64,000 nucleotides of DNA, taken from assembly GCF_011386835.1 (NCBI RefSeq), contig NC_088792.1:68076001-68140000 (forward strand), in the 5' to 3' direction. Under the pieces are notes generated by a model. It did not search any database and was not told where the DNA came from. It saw only the letters and a program-made list of their open reading frames with translations. The stretch is from Chrysemys picta bellii. Lineage: Eukaryota. The translations under genes were made by a program, and so were the position numbers. Below are positions 1 through 11,882 of this stretch, one piece after another (within the stretch, counting starts at the first letter, position 1; each line of letters opens with the position of its first letter).

Positions 1-243
1 TCAAATATATTAATTTCAATTACAACACAGAACACAAAGTGTACAGTGCTCACTTTATATTTATTTTTATTACAAATATTTGCACTGCAGAAAAAAGAAA
101 TAAAATTTTTCAGTTCACTTATGACAAATACTGTAATGCAATCGCTTTATTATGAAAGTTGAACTTATAAATGTAGAATTATGTACAAAAAAACCTGCAT
201 TCAAAAATAAAACAGTGTAAAATTTTAGAGCCTGCAGGTCCAT
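1..243. mobile_element. hAT DNA transposon fragment, cut by the window edge
   Basis: Collinear with 6697-6928 of the hAT element below. Confidence 0.8.
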
Positions 244-1461
244 TCATCTTTTCCATCATGGTATCTGCAAACAGTATAGCAGCAAAGTTCCTCAGACAGG
301 TTAATAGGCTGGTAAATCTGCATTGCCTCTGCTTGGAGACAGAGTTGATTAAACGAATGTGAATCAGACCAGCTGCTTCAGTAGTAGCAGATCGCTGTCT
401 GAAAGGGCCAGGTGTGACATTCTCTCACTGAATTTCAGACAGTTGCACTTGCTAAATTTCTGAAGGGGTTTGGAGAATCTAAACTTGTAATATCCCAAAT
501 AGCTGGTTCGGTTTTTATTTAATTCTTTTCTCAGATTTTTATAGGTGCATCTACAGCATGATAAGTTTATTTTACCAGATCTTATAATTTACAGCTTGAC
601 TTTTGTTTTAAAGACAAATAAGTGTTGAGAACTGTAATGACATACTGCTAAGACTACTGTTATGAAATATATATATATATTTTTTCAAACATGATCTCCT
701 CCCAAGAAGAAGGTGGCATATAGCAATTCTCACTGATGTTACCAAGTACAGCTGCAAAGATTGGTCAGTTACCAAGCTTTCTGTTGTTTCAGGAGCATAC
801 ATTTCCTTCCAAAGAATTTTTGTTAAAATGTAGCTACAAATATACAAAGCAAGACTTTTTCATTCCACTCTGGGCAATTTAGTGATTTTTGTGTTATTCA
901 TTGCCTTCCCCGAAATGTCAAAAACAAAACAAAACTGTAGGCAACTCAGAGGGGAACCATAAAAATATCTCTAAGAATAGATTGATGAAGAAATTAGTGG
1001 GGGTAGAGGAAAGGGAAAAGTAAAGGTTACAAACATTGTGAAAAGAGGAGCATTAGATTAGTTGAAGAGTTAGACAGATAGGGAGGATATATTCAAGAAC
1101 AGCTGCCCAATGTATTCAACTAAAAATCTAAGCAGGTACCAGGAAAATAATTGCTAGCAGTGAAATCTATTAGACCTATTAGTGAGATCTAATAGGCTCC
1201 CAAAGGAAGTGACATTGCTTCAGTTATTTAAAACTCCCAAATGGATAGAAAATATACAGTAGGGAACAATCTTGGTCCAGGAAGGAAAGAAATGAACAAC
1301 ATGATTCACTTGGTCTCTTCTTTTAATAATTCTTGGGCACAGTAGATATAATCACGTCTCTAGCTTCACTAAACATTAATTCCAGTACTGTAATTGGTGA
1401 AATTTGAAGCAGAGCCTTGGACTATAACTTTCTACTATTTAGTGTAGTAAAAGTAACATTA

Positions 1462-2035
1462 TGCTGGAGTTTGGGTGAAATCTTGATGAAGCTGGTGGAC
1501 ATCATAGCTGCCTTTCATTCAGGATAAATATAAAAATCTATTAAACTCCCTTACAGAATAAGATAACAGATGATAGGGGCCACTTCCCAAAACACAGGCC
1601 ACATGCAAGGAGCTGAGCTATGTGGCAGAGTGCAAATGCAGGGGGACTGGGTATTAATTTGGAGAGCTGTATGAGAGGAGAGAGAGAGAGAGAGAGAGAA
1701 ATTCCACAATTAATTGTGGGTATAACATACAGACAGAGAAGGCAGCAAGGAAGCCCTAGAGACAGCCAGAGAAACTTGTACCATGATCCTAAGAGAAAGC
1801 TAAGAGAGTGCTTTTGGGTGGAGTGCTGGCTGAAAAGCGGCTTGGAAGTGTGAGGGGGAAAAACCACAAACAATCTGCTGTGTTCAAGGAAACAGGGTTT
1901 TAATTTACATTCTTTGTAAATCAACTGAGTTGGATTAAAGAAATTCTTGACTCCATCATCAATTTCTCCTCCAAATAGACACAACCTTCAAGACCTCAAA
2001 TAATGGCTAACCACTCAGATCAAAACGTGTAAACA
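1462..2035. mobile_element. Diverged solo LTR related to 14333-14893
   Basis: Collinear shared blocks (aggcagcaaggaag, gagtgctgg, tgtgttcaag, aagacctcaaa). TSD not identifiable; ends approximate. Confidence 0.5.
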
Positions 2036-3482
2036 GTAATATTACATAGAATTGCATCATCATAAGGAAGGACAGCAAAAAAGTTTTAAAAACAATTTCA
2101 GTATATAAGCAGCACTCCCAAAGCCTTGACAAAAGCTGTCGTGTTCTAAAACATAGCAAATCTAAAATTTACTATAAAATGGGCTTTTAGGGCTGATCCT
2201 GTTCCCATTGCCTTCAATGGGTGAAGGATTCAGTCTTTAATCACTATACGGCAGCTGTGAATGAGCACAGTGTGTACGGTCTTATATAACCACAAAACAG
2301 TAAGGAAACTGTAGAAGGCACAGCAGGCTACACAACTGCAGAGAAGAGCCCCAGTACATTGTAACATCACTAATGAGCAATCTCCAGGTCTTCAGCACAA
2401 CATTTACAAACATTTAAAGAGTTTGTTTCTATGAAAGTATATACTGTACACACGATCTACTTGAAATTTCACCAGGTGCCATACAGTTACAAATTTTCCC
2501 TCTTCCTTTAATGTTAGTTACATCGGCTGCATCTTTATCGCAGGCACAATGATCCTACTGGCAGTATAGTCTATGGATTAACTAGCAGGTTCACTTCAGC
2601 AATACAGTCAGAATTATTTGTACCCAACAGGTCTCCTCATCTTGACAGAGATACACAAATGGTAAAATTGTGGAACGTACTTCCTGAACCTATTGCTGAC
2701 TTGTCAGTCTTGAGATTTGTTTTGAGCCCAACTGAAGGATTTTTACAGCTACCGCAAACTAAGGAAGTAGAGCCAGATCTTTGGCTGCTGGGAGTCCCCA
2801 TAGCTACACTGATTTCAGCAGAACTATGCCAGGATACACCAGCTAAGGATCTGGCCCCTGAAGCTTTAATATTAGAGTGGTGTGTGTGTGTATTTATACA
2901 TATTTGCTAAGTTATTTCACTATTAGTGTTTTTAAGAATCTAATTGGTAATAGGAAAATTTCACAGCTTTCACCAATCCAGCACTTCCATTGAACATGAA
3001 AGACGAATGCTTACATGAACCCTTTATCCCGTCTGAGATGCAGTAACCAAAGACAACATGCTTGTCAGCTACTGCAGTAACATTCCAAAAGTAATATTAA
3101 AAAAAAAAAAATCTTGCTTATAGAAAAGAAGAAAGGAATCCAAGCATCAAAGTAATAGAAATATGCACCTTTGTGCTAATTTATCTTCATCTGATCCCAC
3201 ATCTACTACAGACCCCATCCTCTTTCCCCCTCAAAGCAACAAGTTGTATAACAGGACCTTTTTCCCCTTTGCACCCCCTTGTACAGAATATTTTCAGAAG
3301 TAAAAAATGCTTAGTTCAGAGCAAACACCTCCTCCCGCCACTGGTTTCAGTAGATCAGATTCTGTTGCAAATTAATAGGGCCCTGAAAATCTGCAGATAT
3401 CCACAGACTATTTTTGTGGATCGGATGCAGATACAAATTTTGTATCTGTGCAGGACGCTACAAATTAATATATTTTAACTGA

Positions 3483-3751
3483 GGGTACGTCTTCACTACC
3501 CGCCGTATCGGCGGGTAGCAATCAATTTATCCAGATCGATCCCCGAACGCACTCACCGTCGACTCCAGAACTCCATCAGAGCGAGCGGCGGTAGCGCAGT
3601 CGACGGGGAAGCCACGGCCGTCGATCCTGCGCCGTGTGGACCCCAGGTAATTCGATCTTAGATACTTCGACTTCAGCTACGCTATTCACATAGCTGAAGT
3701 TGCGTATCTTAGATCGATTCCCCCCCTCACCCCCCCAGTGCAGACCAGCCC
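3483..3751. mobile_element. PIF/Harbinger-type MITE (CpG-rich)
   Basis: Imperfect TIRs GGGTACGTCTTCACT / AGTGCAGACCAGCCC. 3-bp flanks TGA/TGG. Same family as 47838-48122 in the opposite orientation. Confidence 0.75.
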
Positions 3752-4639
3752 TGGCAGACTGTAGTGACTATAGCTCCATTCCTGCACATGCTTAGCTTTA
3801 AGAATGTGCATAGTCTCACTGGCTTCAAGTTGGACTTCTCCTGTGCGTAAAGCAGGATTGTGGCCCATATGGACTAGAAGTCACAAGGGGAGAATTCTCT
3901 CCCTTGTTCCAGAAGAGCAATAGTTTGAAGCATCAAAGAAAAGCAAGACTGACAGCTCAGGGGTGAGCTTCACCTGTGATCTCTCCCACAGCCCCTATAC
4001 GTGACAGACCTCTACCTCAGTATTAAAAAACCCCAAATGTTCAAAAGTCATGAATCAGGCTCACACAAATCATGAAATTGGCTTTAAAATCCTAAGATTA
4101 TGTAAAAATAATAGATTTGGTGTTTTTTATTTTCCTTCTGCTTTCTAAGTGTTTAGGGTGCATCAGGGTCACATTTTGAAGTGAAAGCCACAGTCACGAG
4201 GGCTAGAAATTTACTTTTTCTTTAAGACTGAAGGCTGAAATTATCACATATCCACTTGACTCTAGAAGCTGGGGCTTTAAAGGAAAAAACAAAGACAAAA
4301 TCATCAGGGTGGGCAACATTGCTACCTGCAGTCTTCACAGAATGGAATTCAGTTTACCCCACTTTAGACTGGATCATAGGCTACAATACCCTGCATTTCT
4401 CATCATCCTGCCATAATTACAGTTTGAGCGATACTTTATACCTTCATGAGTGCACCCCTCAGATGACAGACTCCGTTATCTTCACATCTCCCTAGTGGAA
4501 CCCTATGGTTCTACCACTCTCACCTGGATCCTGGAGTGACAGTCCCTGTTTCCAACCATGTTAACACAAGACACCCAACCGTAATTGGTACTTGCAAGAA
4601 GCTTTCCTCAGATCCTGTAACCAGGAGCTGAATGATTAA

Positions 4640-4780
4640 AGTGAGACTCTAAACAGCTCCTTCCAAACAGACAAATTGTCTATTCACCCAAGAGCAGAGA
4701 AAAGGGTTAAAGCTACAGCAACTCTGTATGCTTAGGTCTTATCTGGAACTCTTAGCTGCCTTTGACATTCCACTGGGCCT
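4640..4780 (+). mobile_element. Possible highly decayed L2/CR1-clade RT fragment
   Basis: ctg gaa ctc tta gct gcc ttt gac att = LELLAAFDI, resembling the LDLSAAFDT motif. Single motif only. Confidence 0.3.
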
Positions 4781-5165
4781 GCGTCCCAGGCTGACTGCTC
4801 TTTACGAACAGCCCGTGATCAGTGAAGCCCCCTCCATCTCTAAAGGAAGATTTTAAATATTTAGTGCTCCTTGTATCTTGGGACCTCAGCCTTGGTGAGC
4901 CAGGTGTGCAATTTTGCCTGGCCCCTGGAAGCAGCATTTTCCCAATTGATAGCTCAGCCACTATTCCCTTAACTCCCATGAAGTCTTATCTTGTCGCTGG
5001 CCGTTGTTTTGTTTCCTGCTTGCTCTTCCTAAGAGCTCCTTTTGGTTTAACTCCTCAAGACAGACTAAGCACTATCAAGCAGGTAAAGAGAAAGATCTTC
5101 CACTTTCTCCATGACAATATTGGACAATAAGACGTTCATGCCTTGAACATATTTTTCTAAGTCAC

Positions 5166-5171
5166 TTTATT
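5166..5171 (-). other. Candidate FKBP14 polyadenylation signal (AATAAA)
   Basis: AATAAA on the minus strand ~1.24 kb past the stop, with UGUA motifs upstream and a modestly U/GU-rich tract downstream. No transcript data. Confidence 0.4.
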
Positions 5172-6406
5172 GTTTAAAATGTCAGCACACTTGATCAATG
5201 TATTTTTGTACCACTCATGAAATACTGCAAGAAACATACTGCATTGTACAGTATACACCTCTGCAACTCTAAATACTGCTTTCCCTCTGCCCCCAATGGG
5301 CAACATAAAAAAGACAAAACAAACCCGCCAAAACTATTTAAGGCAGTGACAGGAATTGGACCAATGCGGGTGTCCTTGTGATCATTTCACTTCCTCTCAG
5401 GATACCTTTTTCCCTCATAGCTAAGCAACTTGAAACTTGAGCATTCAGCCTAAGGCATATTTAGTAGGTCAAAGAAAACATGTGGTCTCTTTGCATCAAT
5501 GCAAGTTTCTTAATTCCAATGCATAAGATACTTATTAGCATCGTAAGTTTTCCATTTAGAAGTGTAGGTGTTGTGCTGTAACTTGATAGGTGTACAAATA
5601 TCTCAAAAATAGCCCTTCCCTCCCCAACCCAAATGGAATGTTAATAACTGACAGTTTAAATAAATAGCAAAAAATAACTGGCAACATCTAACTCCTATCT
5701 TGGTTCTAGCTCATATCACTGAAATAAATACAAAATAAATCATTGGTTTGTTGTGGCACTAAGGAAGCTTACTATATTTATAAAAATAAACCAGTGGAAG
5801 ACAGTAATTTTTCTTATTCTGTCCCACGTAGATTACACTATATTGCTACAGCTGAGAAGGCTCATAACACGTCACACCTTTGTAGTCTACCTCTTTTTGA
5901 CAGCTTCAGGAAAATTAATTGACACTTCTTTTCTTGTGCTTTTCAAACACAGATTTGCAAAGGAAAATAATGCCATATAACTGAAGTCACTGATTTAAAA
6001 TTAAACAAGCTTTATATTATTAAAGAGAGAGTCACCAGAAAAAAAAAATTATATATAGCACAGAAGAAGGAAATGCAAGGCAGATAAAGGACTGGATTTT
6101 CATTTTAGAAAGTTTGTTATATGGCAAGTTTTTGTTTCATAATGGCAAAATAAGTTAATACAAAATAAGGGTTCGCACAACGAAAACCACTATTACTGCA
6201 TAAACCTTTTCAACTGCTGCACAAAAAGGCTTAATTTCAATACCTAAAAATAGTTAAAACAGTTTGGATCATCAACAATCTTTTGAATATGAAAAAAAAA
6301 ATGTTCCTTCTGTTCCATTAGAAACTGTCAGCGCCAAACACTGAATCAAAAATGTTACACAAAACTTGACACTAAGTTGCTTCATGGAAAATTCTGCCAG
6401 GCTTCT

Positions 6407-6565
6407 CTACAGCTCGTCATGCTTGTATGTGAACTCCCTGGCAGATATAAATCCATCACGGTCTTCATCTTCTTTATCAAATATGTCCTCAGCCAAAATA
6501 TCATGATAGCTGTCATTTATTGGTGCTCCATGCTTTTCAAATTCCTTCTTCAAATATGTTTTCAC
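6407..6565 (-). CDS. FKBP14: FKBP14 coding exon 4 (second EF-hand, HDEL ER-retention signal, stop)
   Basis: Acceptor ctttcccaacag|GTG. Encodes VKTYLKKEFEKHGAPINDSYHDILAEDIFDKEDEDRDGFISAREFTYKHDEL*. Not in the ORF track, translated by hand. Joined CDS 197+152+128+159 = 636 nt = 211 aa + stop. Confidence 0.97.
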   Translation of the reverse strand: MKTYLKKEFEKHGAPINDSYHDILAEDIFDKEDEDRDGFISAREFTYKHDEL

Positions 6566-6930
6566 CTGTTGGGAAAGATAGATTAATAGTTTTTAGAGCT
6601 GTCAAGCGATTAAAAAAAATTAATTGCGATTAATTACACTGTTAAATAATAATAGAATACCATTTATTTAAATATTTTGGATGTTTTCTACATTTTCAAA
6701 TATACTGATTTCAATTACTACACAGAATACAAAGTGTACAGTGCTCACTTTTTTTATTACAAGTATTTACACTGTAACAAAAGAAACAGTATTTTCAATT
6801 CACCTAATACAAGTACAGTAGTGCGATCTCTTTATCATGAAAAGTTGAACTTACAAATGTAGAATTAGGTGTACAAAAAACCCTGTATTCAAAATAAAAC
6901 CACGTAAAATTTTAGAACCTGCAAGTCCGT

Positions 6931-7464
6931 TCAGTTGTACTTCTTGTTCAGCCAACTGCTCAGACAAACAAGTTTGTTTACATTTGCAGGAGATAATGGT
7001 GCCCAATTCTTGTTTACAATGTCACCAAAAAGCGAGAACAGGCCTTCTTGTGGTACTGTTGTAGCCGGAGTCGCAAGATATTTACGTGCCAGATGTGCTA
7101 AAGATTCAGATGTCCCTTCATTCTTCGACCACCATTCCAGGGGACAGGCACCTATGCTGATGATGGGTTCTGCTTGATAACAATCCAAAGAAGTGTGGAC
7201 CGACGCATGTTCATTTTCAATATCTGACTCGGACGCCACCAGCGGAAGGTTGATTTTCATTTTTGGTGGTTTGGGTTCTGTAGTTTCTGCATCAGAGTGT
7301 TGCTCTTCTAACACTTCTGAAATCATGTTCCACACCTCGCCCCGCTCAGATTTTAGAAGGCACTTCAGATTCTTAAACCTTGGGTTGAGTGCTGTAGCTA
7401 TCTTTAGAAATCTCACATTGGTACCTTCTTTGCATTTTGTGAAATCTGCAGTGAAAGTGTTCAT
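6931..7464 (-). pseudogene. hAT transposase C-terminal (dimerisation-domain) fragment
   Basis: CPLEWWSKNEG...LARKYLATPATTVPQEGLFSLFGDIVN...LSPANVNKLVCL is the hAT/ZBED1-like C-terminal signature. The N-terminal and catalytic portions are absent. Confidence 0.85.
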
Positions 7465-8198
7465 AAAATGAATAACCTGTGTTGGGTCATCATCCGAGAC
7501 TGCTACAACATGAAATATATGGCAGAACGTGGGTAAAACAAAGCAGGGGACATACTATTCTCCCCCAAGGAGTTCAGTTACAAATTTAATTAACGCATTT
7601 TTTTTAATGAGTGTCATCAGCATGGAAGCATGTCCTCTGGAATGATGGCTAAAGCATGAAGGTGCATACGAATGTTTAGCATATCTGGCATATAAAGACC
7701 TTGCAATGCTGGCTACAAAAGTGCCATGCGAATGTACTGTTTTCACTTTAAGGTGACATTGTAAACAAGAAGCAGGCAGCATTATTTCCCATAAATGTAA
7801 ACAAACTTGTTTGCCTTAGCAATTTGTAAGTTGCACTTTCATGACAAAAAGATTGCACTGCAGTACTTGTATGAGGTGAATTGAAAAATACTATTTCTTT
7901 TGTTTACAAATATTTGCACTGTAAAATAGATAAACAAAAATAATATACACTTTGATTTTAAATACAACACAGAATACAATATATATGAAAATGTAGAAAA
8001 ACATCCAAAATATTTAATAAATTTCAATTTGTATTCTATTGTTTAACAGTGTGATTAAAACTGCGATTAATCGTGATTAAATTTTTTAATCGTGATTAAT
8101 TTTTGAAAGGTTTCAGAGTAGCAGCCGTGTTAGTCTGTATCCGCAAAAAGAAGAACAGGAGGACTTGTGGCACCTTAGAGACTAACAAATTTATTAGA

Positions 8199-8238
8199 GC
8201 ATAAGCTTTCGTGGACTACAGCCCACTTCTTCGGATGC
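8199..8238 (-). ncRNA. Putative minimal hammerhead ribozyme motif, sense to FKBP14 pre-mRNA
   Basis: Exact reverse complement of 8519-8558. Confidence 0.7.
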
Positions 8239-8518
8239 ATATAGAATGGAACATATATTGAGGAGATATATATACACACACATACAGAGAGCATAAACAG
8301 GTGGGAGTTGTCTTACCACCTCTGAGAGGCCAATTAATTAAGAGAGAAAAAAAAAAAAAAAAAAAACTTTTGAAGTGATAATCAAGCTTGATTATCACTT
8401 CAAAAGTTTTTTTTTTCTTAATTAATTGGCCTCTCAGAGGTGGTAAGACAACTCCCACCTGTTTATGCTCTCTGTATGTGTGTATATATATCTCCTCAAT
8501 ATATGTTCCATTCTATAT

Positions 8519-8558
8519 GCATCCGAAGAAGTGGGCTGTAGTCCACGAAAGCTTATGC
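8519..8558 (+). ncRNA. Putative minimal type I hammerhead ribozyme motif (Penelope pLTR)
   Basis: GCAU-CCGAAGA-A-GUGGGC(UGUA)GUCCAC-GAAA-GC-UU-AUGC: stem I GCAU/AUGC, 6-bp stem II, loop-less palindromic AGCU stem III. Confidence 0.7.
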
Positions 8559-8753
8559 TCTAATAAATTTGTTAGTCTCTAAGGTGCCACAAGTCCATTA
8601 ATTTTTGAGTTAATCGCGTGAGTTAACTATGATTAATCAACAGCCCTAATAGTTTTCATCATAAGACTTTATTAAAATTCAGTTAATGGAGAAGAGACAG
8701 GCCTAGGAAAAGCTATTATATTTGTTATGGGTGTACTAGACAATAAATATCTA

Positions 8754-9623
8754 CCGCATATACTCGATCATAAGCCGGTTCGTTTATAAGCCGACTCTCC
8801 CCCCCCCCCCCCCCCCCAAGATGGATAAATAAAAATGGAAAATGTTTATAACCTGTTCATAAGACAACGCTATAATTCAGGGGTCAGCAAACTTTGACTC
8901 CCGGGCCATCAGGATAAGCCACTGGTGGGTCAAGATGGTTTGTTTACCTCGAGCGTCTGCAGGCATGGAGGTAAACCTAAGTAAACAAAGTGTCCCGGCA
9001 CACCAGCTGCTTACCCCGACAGGCCGGGACAGCAACTGGTGGGGAAATTTTTTTTTTGGGGGGGGGGGGGGGGAGAAGGGAGAAGCTGGGAGTCAGGAGA
9101 GTAACCCCTGTGACCCACCCTTCACATGACCCCACCCCTAGCTCGGGACCCCACACTCTCCTCATCCCATCCCTTCCCACCTTATCTGGGGAGGATGTCT
9201 CTGGCCTGGCTAAAGCTGCTCCAGCAGGCTGGGCAGCGCGGCCACAGCCTGCTTCAGCGGGCCAGACCAGGCAGTGTGGCCACATGTTCCAGCGGGCTGG
9301 GCCAGGCAGCACGGCCACAGCGTGCTCCAGCAGGCTGGGCAGCGCAGCCCCAGCCTGCTCTAGGGGGCGGGGCCAAGCGGCACGGCTGCAGCCTGCCAGC
9401 CCTAGAGCTGCAGTTGCTTTGGAGGCTGGGGGGAGAGCAGCGTGGCCAGAAGTGGAGAGACTCTGGCCCCGCCTCTTCCCTTCTGGTTCTGCTGCCTTTC
9501 CTTGCGCCCTCTGTTGGGGGGAGGGACTGTATCCTCCCTCTCTACCCATTCATAAGCCGACCCCCTTCTCTGGTGCTTTCCTTTTTTACAAAAAGGATTC
9601 AGCTTATGAACGAGTATATACGG
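8754..9623. mobile_element. Non-autonomous Tc1/mariner-superfamily element
   Basis: 22-bp TIRs CCGCATATACTCGATCATAAGC / GCTTATGAACGAGTATATACGG (2 mismatches) flanked by TA on both sides. GC-rich interior. Confidence 0.85.
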
Positions 9624-9906
9624 TACTTCCCATTGTCACTAAGGATATAAGCTCGTCTGATAGATTTCTGCAGCCTAACTCAGAAATGATAGCAAGGTCT
9701 TTGGTAGCTAAGACAATAAAAATAGTAGGTACAAGTCATCATAGCTTTAGGGTATATGCCAGAAAAGTGTGTCCTTTAAGTTTGGCTGTCTGTACTGTAA
9801 ACTGAATATAACTAAAGAATGGAAATTTTTGGCTTCCAGTTATTTAGAGAGCAAAATAATTTCTCTAGCTCACAAATATCAGACGACAGTGTAAGATCCA
9901 CTAACC

Positions 9907-9907
<1 letters not shown>

Positions 9908-9941
<34 letters not shown>
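9908..9941. repeat. Poly-A tract (34 nt)
   Basis: Direct read. Other simple repeats: (GA)n ~1678-1698, (CAT)n ~19325-19345, (CT)n(AT)n ~24977-25011, C/G tracts ~8797-8817, ~9057-9073, ~41918-41946. Confidence 0.9.
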
Positions 9942-9944
<3 letters not shown>

Positions 9945-10580
9945 AACCTCAGATCTTTGTCAACTTATTGGGTTGAGTTTCTAGACCAAAATGTATTTGG
10001 GAAACTGTCCATTACTAGCATTTATTGCGGGCACAGAAATCACTATATTAAAAAATTATTCTGACGCCAGAAAATCCCCACAATAAAAATCTTACCTATG
10101 AGACATGCATTTAAAAATTACTTAAACTCACTGCTGGAACATACAGTTATCTACTTGTACGAGTCTGCATAGGTAACATTGAATTATTCTGAGTGACAAC
10201 TCAATCCTTATTCAGTTGTTTGAAGTTTATCTATCTTAAATCCGTAGAGTTCTAAACCATACTACCTTCTACTGAGATAGGAAGATATTATAAATTAGGT
10301 AATTACAGATGACTTACCCTACAATACCCAAGATTTGTTTAGGATTGAATTAACAGCAAGCCAATGGATCATATCTTCTGAGTTTTAAAATCTCTTTTAT
10401 CCGCATCAGTACACTGCTTTGTAGCATTTGTTATGGTAAGTCAACAGCCATTAATATATCAATAATTTGCAAAGCTGGCTAACACAGTGCATTAGTGAAC
10501 TGGATCAGTCTTTAAGCTCTAATTCCTGTCCTCGACTGAAAACAAAAAAGAGTTTAGTGGTCTCACCTAGCCCCCTAATG

Positions 10581-11015
10581 CAGGAATTCCCAAACTTTTT
10601 TCCCCTGAGGCCTACCTGTGCAGCTGCAGTAGGCATTGTGGCCCACTATTAACATGCATCCATCAGGGAGAAGGCACTGCAGGGCACGCGAGGCCCCTCG
10701 CCTCAGCAGGGACCAGGGCCAGTGAGAGGGCGAAAGGGCCAGGCAGATGCCACAGCCAGCCCCCGCCGACACCCTCCCCCTCAGCAGCCAGTCACCCACC
10801 CAGCACCCTAGGGGTCACACACTCGGACTGCCCGGGAAATGTGGCACTGGGCTCCTCTGGCCCTGGGTGGGGGCCATCCTCAGCTGCAACTCCACCAACC
10901 TATACAATTTTGGGGAGGCAGGGCAGCAACAACCCTCATGCCCCCGTCGCCCCCAAACTCCACCCATAGTGAACCACCCGGGACTGTGTTGGGGCCTACA
11001 GTTTGGGAATTCCTG
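10581..11015. mobile_element. hAT MITE
   Basis: Perfect 16-bp TIR CAGGAATTCCCAAACT. 8-bp TSD CCCTAATG/CTCTAATG. Confidence 0.88.
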
Positions 11016-11519
11016 CTCTAATGGATGTATTGGCTCATCACAGAAGCTATATCGTATAGCTGGTATACACTGGTATAATTCAATAGGAAGGAAACAAGTC
11101 TGAAATACCAGGAGAGATCCAGGACAGGATTGTTGGACATGCAGAAGCCTGCCTGGCTAGAGTTTTTGATTTTCAGTTTAAAATAAAATAAACCACCACT
11201 TAAATAGTTTTATGACCTATGTTTAAAGAATAAGTGTTGAAACCTGCAGTTCTTTCCACCATTAAGTTCTATATTAAAGCAGAGTCCCAATTAAAAAAGT
11301 GGCCAGCAGAGGACGAACAATGTTGAATGTGGCGTCCTTTCAGGAAGGTCACATGATGAAGTGCCATCGGATGTTGGTGTTACAGCAGTAAGATTTGAAA
11401 TCCACGTTGTGGTACAAAAACCAGAAACTGACGAAGTTTAAAGTAGAACTTTTTAGAAGTTAAAAAGTTCTAAGTCACACAAATTAATATAAAAATTCTA
11501 AGTGGTGCAAACCACGCTT

Positions 11520-11669
11520 AGAATGGGCGACAGAAGGATGGATCACTTGATGATTACCTGTTCTGTTCATTCCCTCTGAAGCACCTGGCATTGGCCACTT
11601 TTGGAAGACAGGATACTGGGCTAGATGGATCTTTGGTCTGACCCAGTATGGCCGTTCTTATGTTATGTT
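11520..11669 (+). mobile_element. CR1 LINE 3' end
   Basis: Typical reptile CR1 3' UTR (...gggctagatggatctttggtctgacccagtatggccgttcttatgttatgtt). Confidence 0.8.
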
Positions 11670-11882
11670 AACCTAGGCCTTCATCCTGCACTTATGCGCA
11701 TGAGCAGTCTCTATAGACTCAAGGCCCTTGCCTAGCACTAGCTAGATCAAGCCATAGTCCAATAGACCCTTTCTTGACAAATATCAATTTTTACTTCAAC
11801 CTTTTATGAAAGGGAAGAGTTCCCTTTTGTTTACGTTATTTAATTCATTTAACTTTGTTGAGTAGTTAGTTAGCACACTCAC

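Larger units (their letters stand above)
8107..8596. mobile_element. Penelope-like retroelement pLTR foldback nested in the hAT
   Basis: Near-identical to 36433-36705. Inverted arms 8161-8386 / 8387-8596. Flanked by 12-bp direct duplication ATTAATTTTTGA (8095-8106, 8597-8608). Confidence 0.9.
6594..8648. mobile_element. Non-autonomous hAT transposon with transposase C-terminal remnants, in FKBP14 intron 3
   Basis: TIRs TAGAGCTGT / ACAGCCCTA and exact 8-bp TSD ATAGTTTT (6586-6593, 8649-8656). Contains a nested Penelope insertion. Confidence 0.93.

Noticed and set aside
240-3480. Exons of the neighbouring gene SCRN1 or another gene left of FKBP14
   Set aside because: Hand translation of candidate segments gave no recognisable protein, and there is no CpG island.
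8797-9073. Long C and G homopolymers as functional G-quadruplexes
   Set aside because: They lie inside a transposon, and homopolymer lengths are error-prone in assemblies.
8935-9805. Long overlapping ORFs (up to 271 aa) on both strands
   Set aside because: They lie in the GC-rich interior of a TA-flanked non-autonomous element. Low-complexity G/A/P/R composition and no recognisable domain.
10085-10400. Strong donor-like motifs on the minus strand in FKBP14 intron 3 (possible poison exon)
   Set aside because: No convincing matching acceptor, and such hexamers are expected by chance many times in 64 kb.
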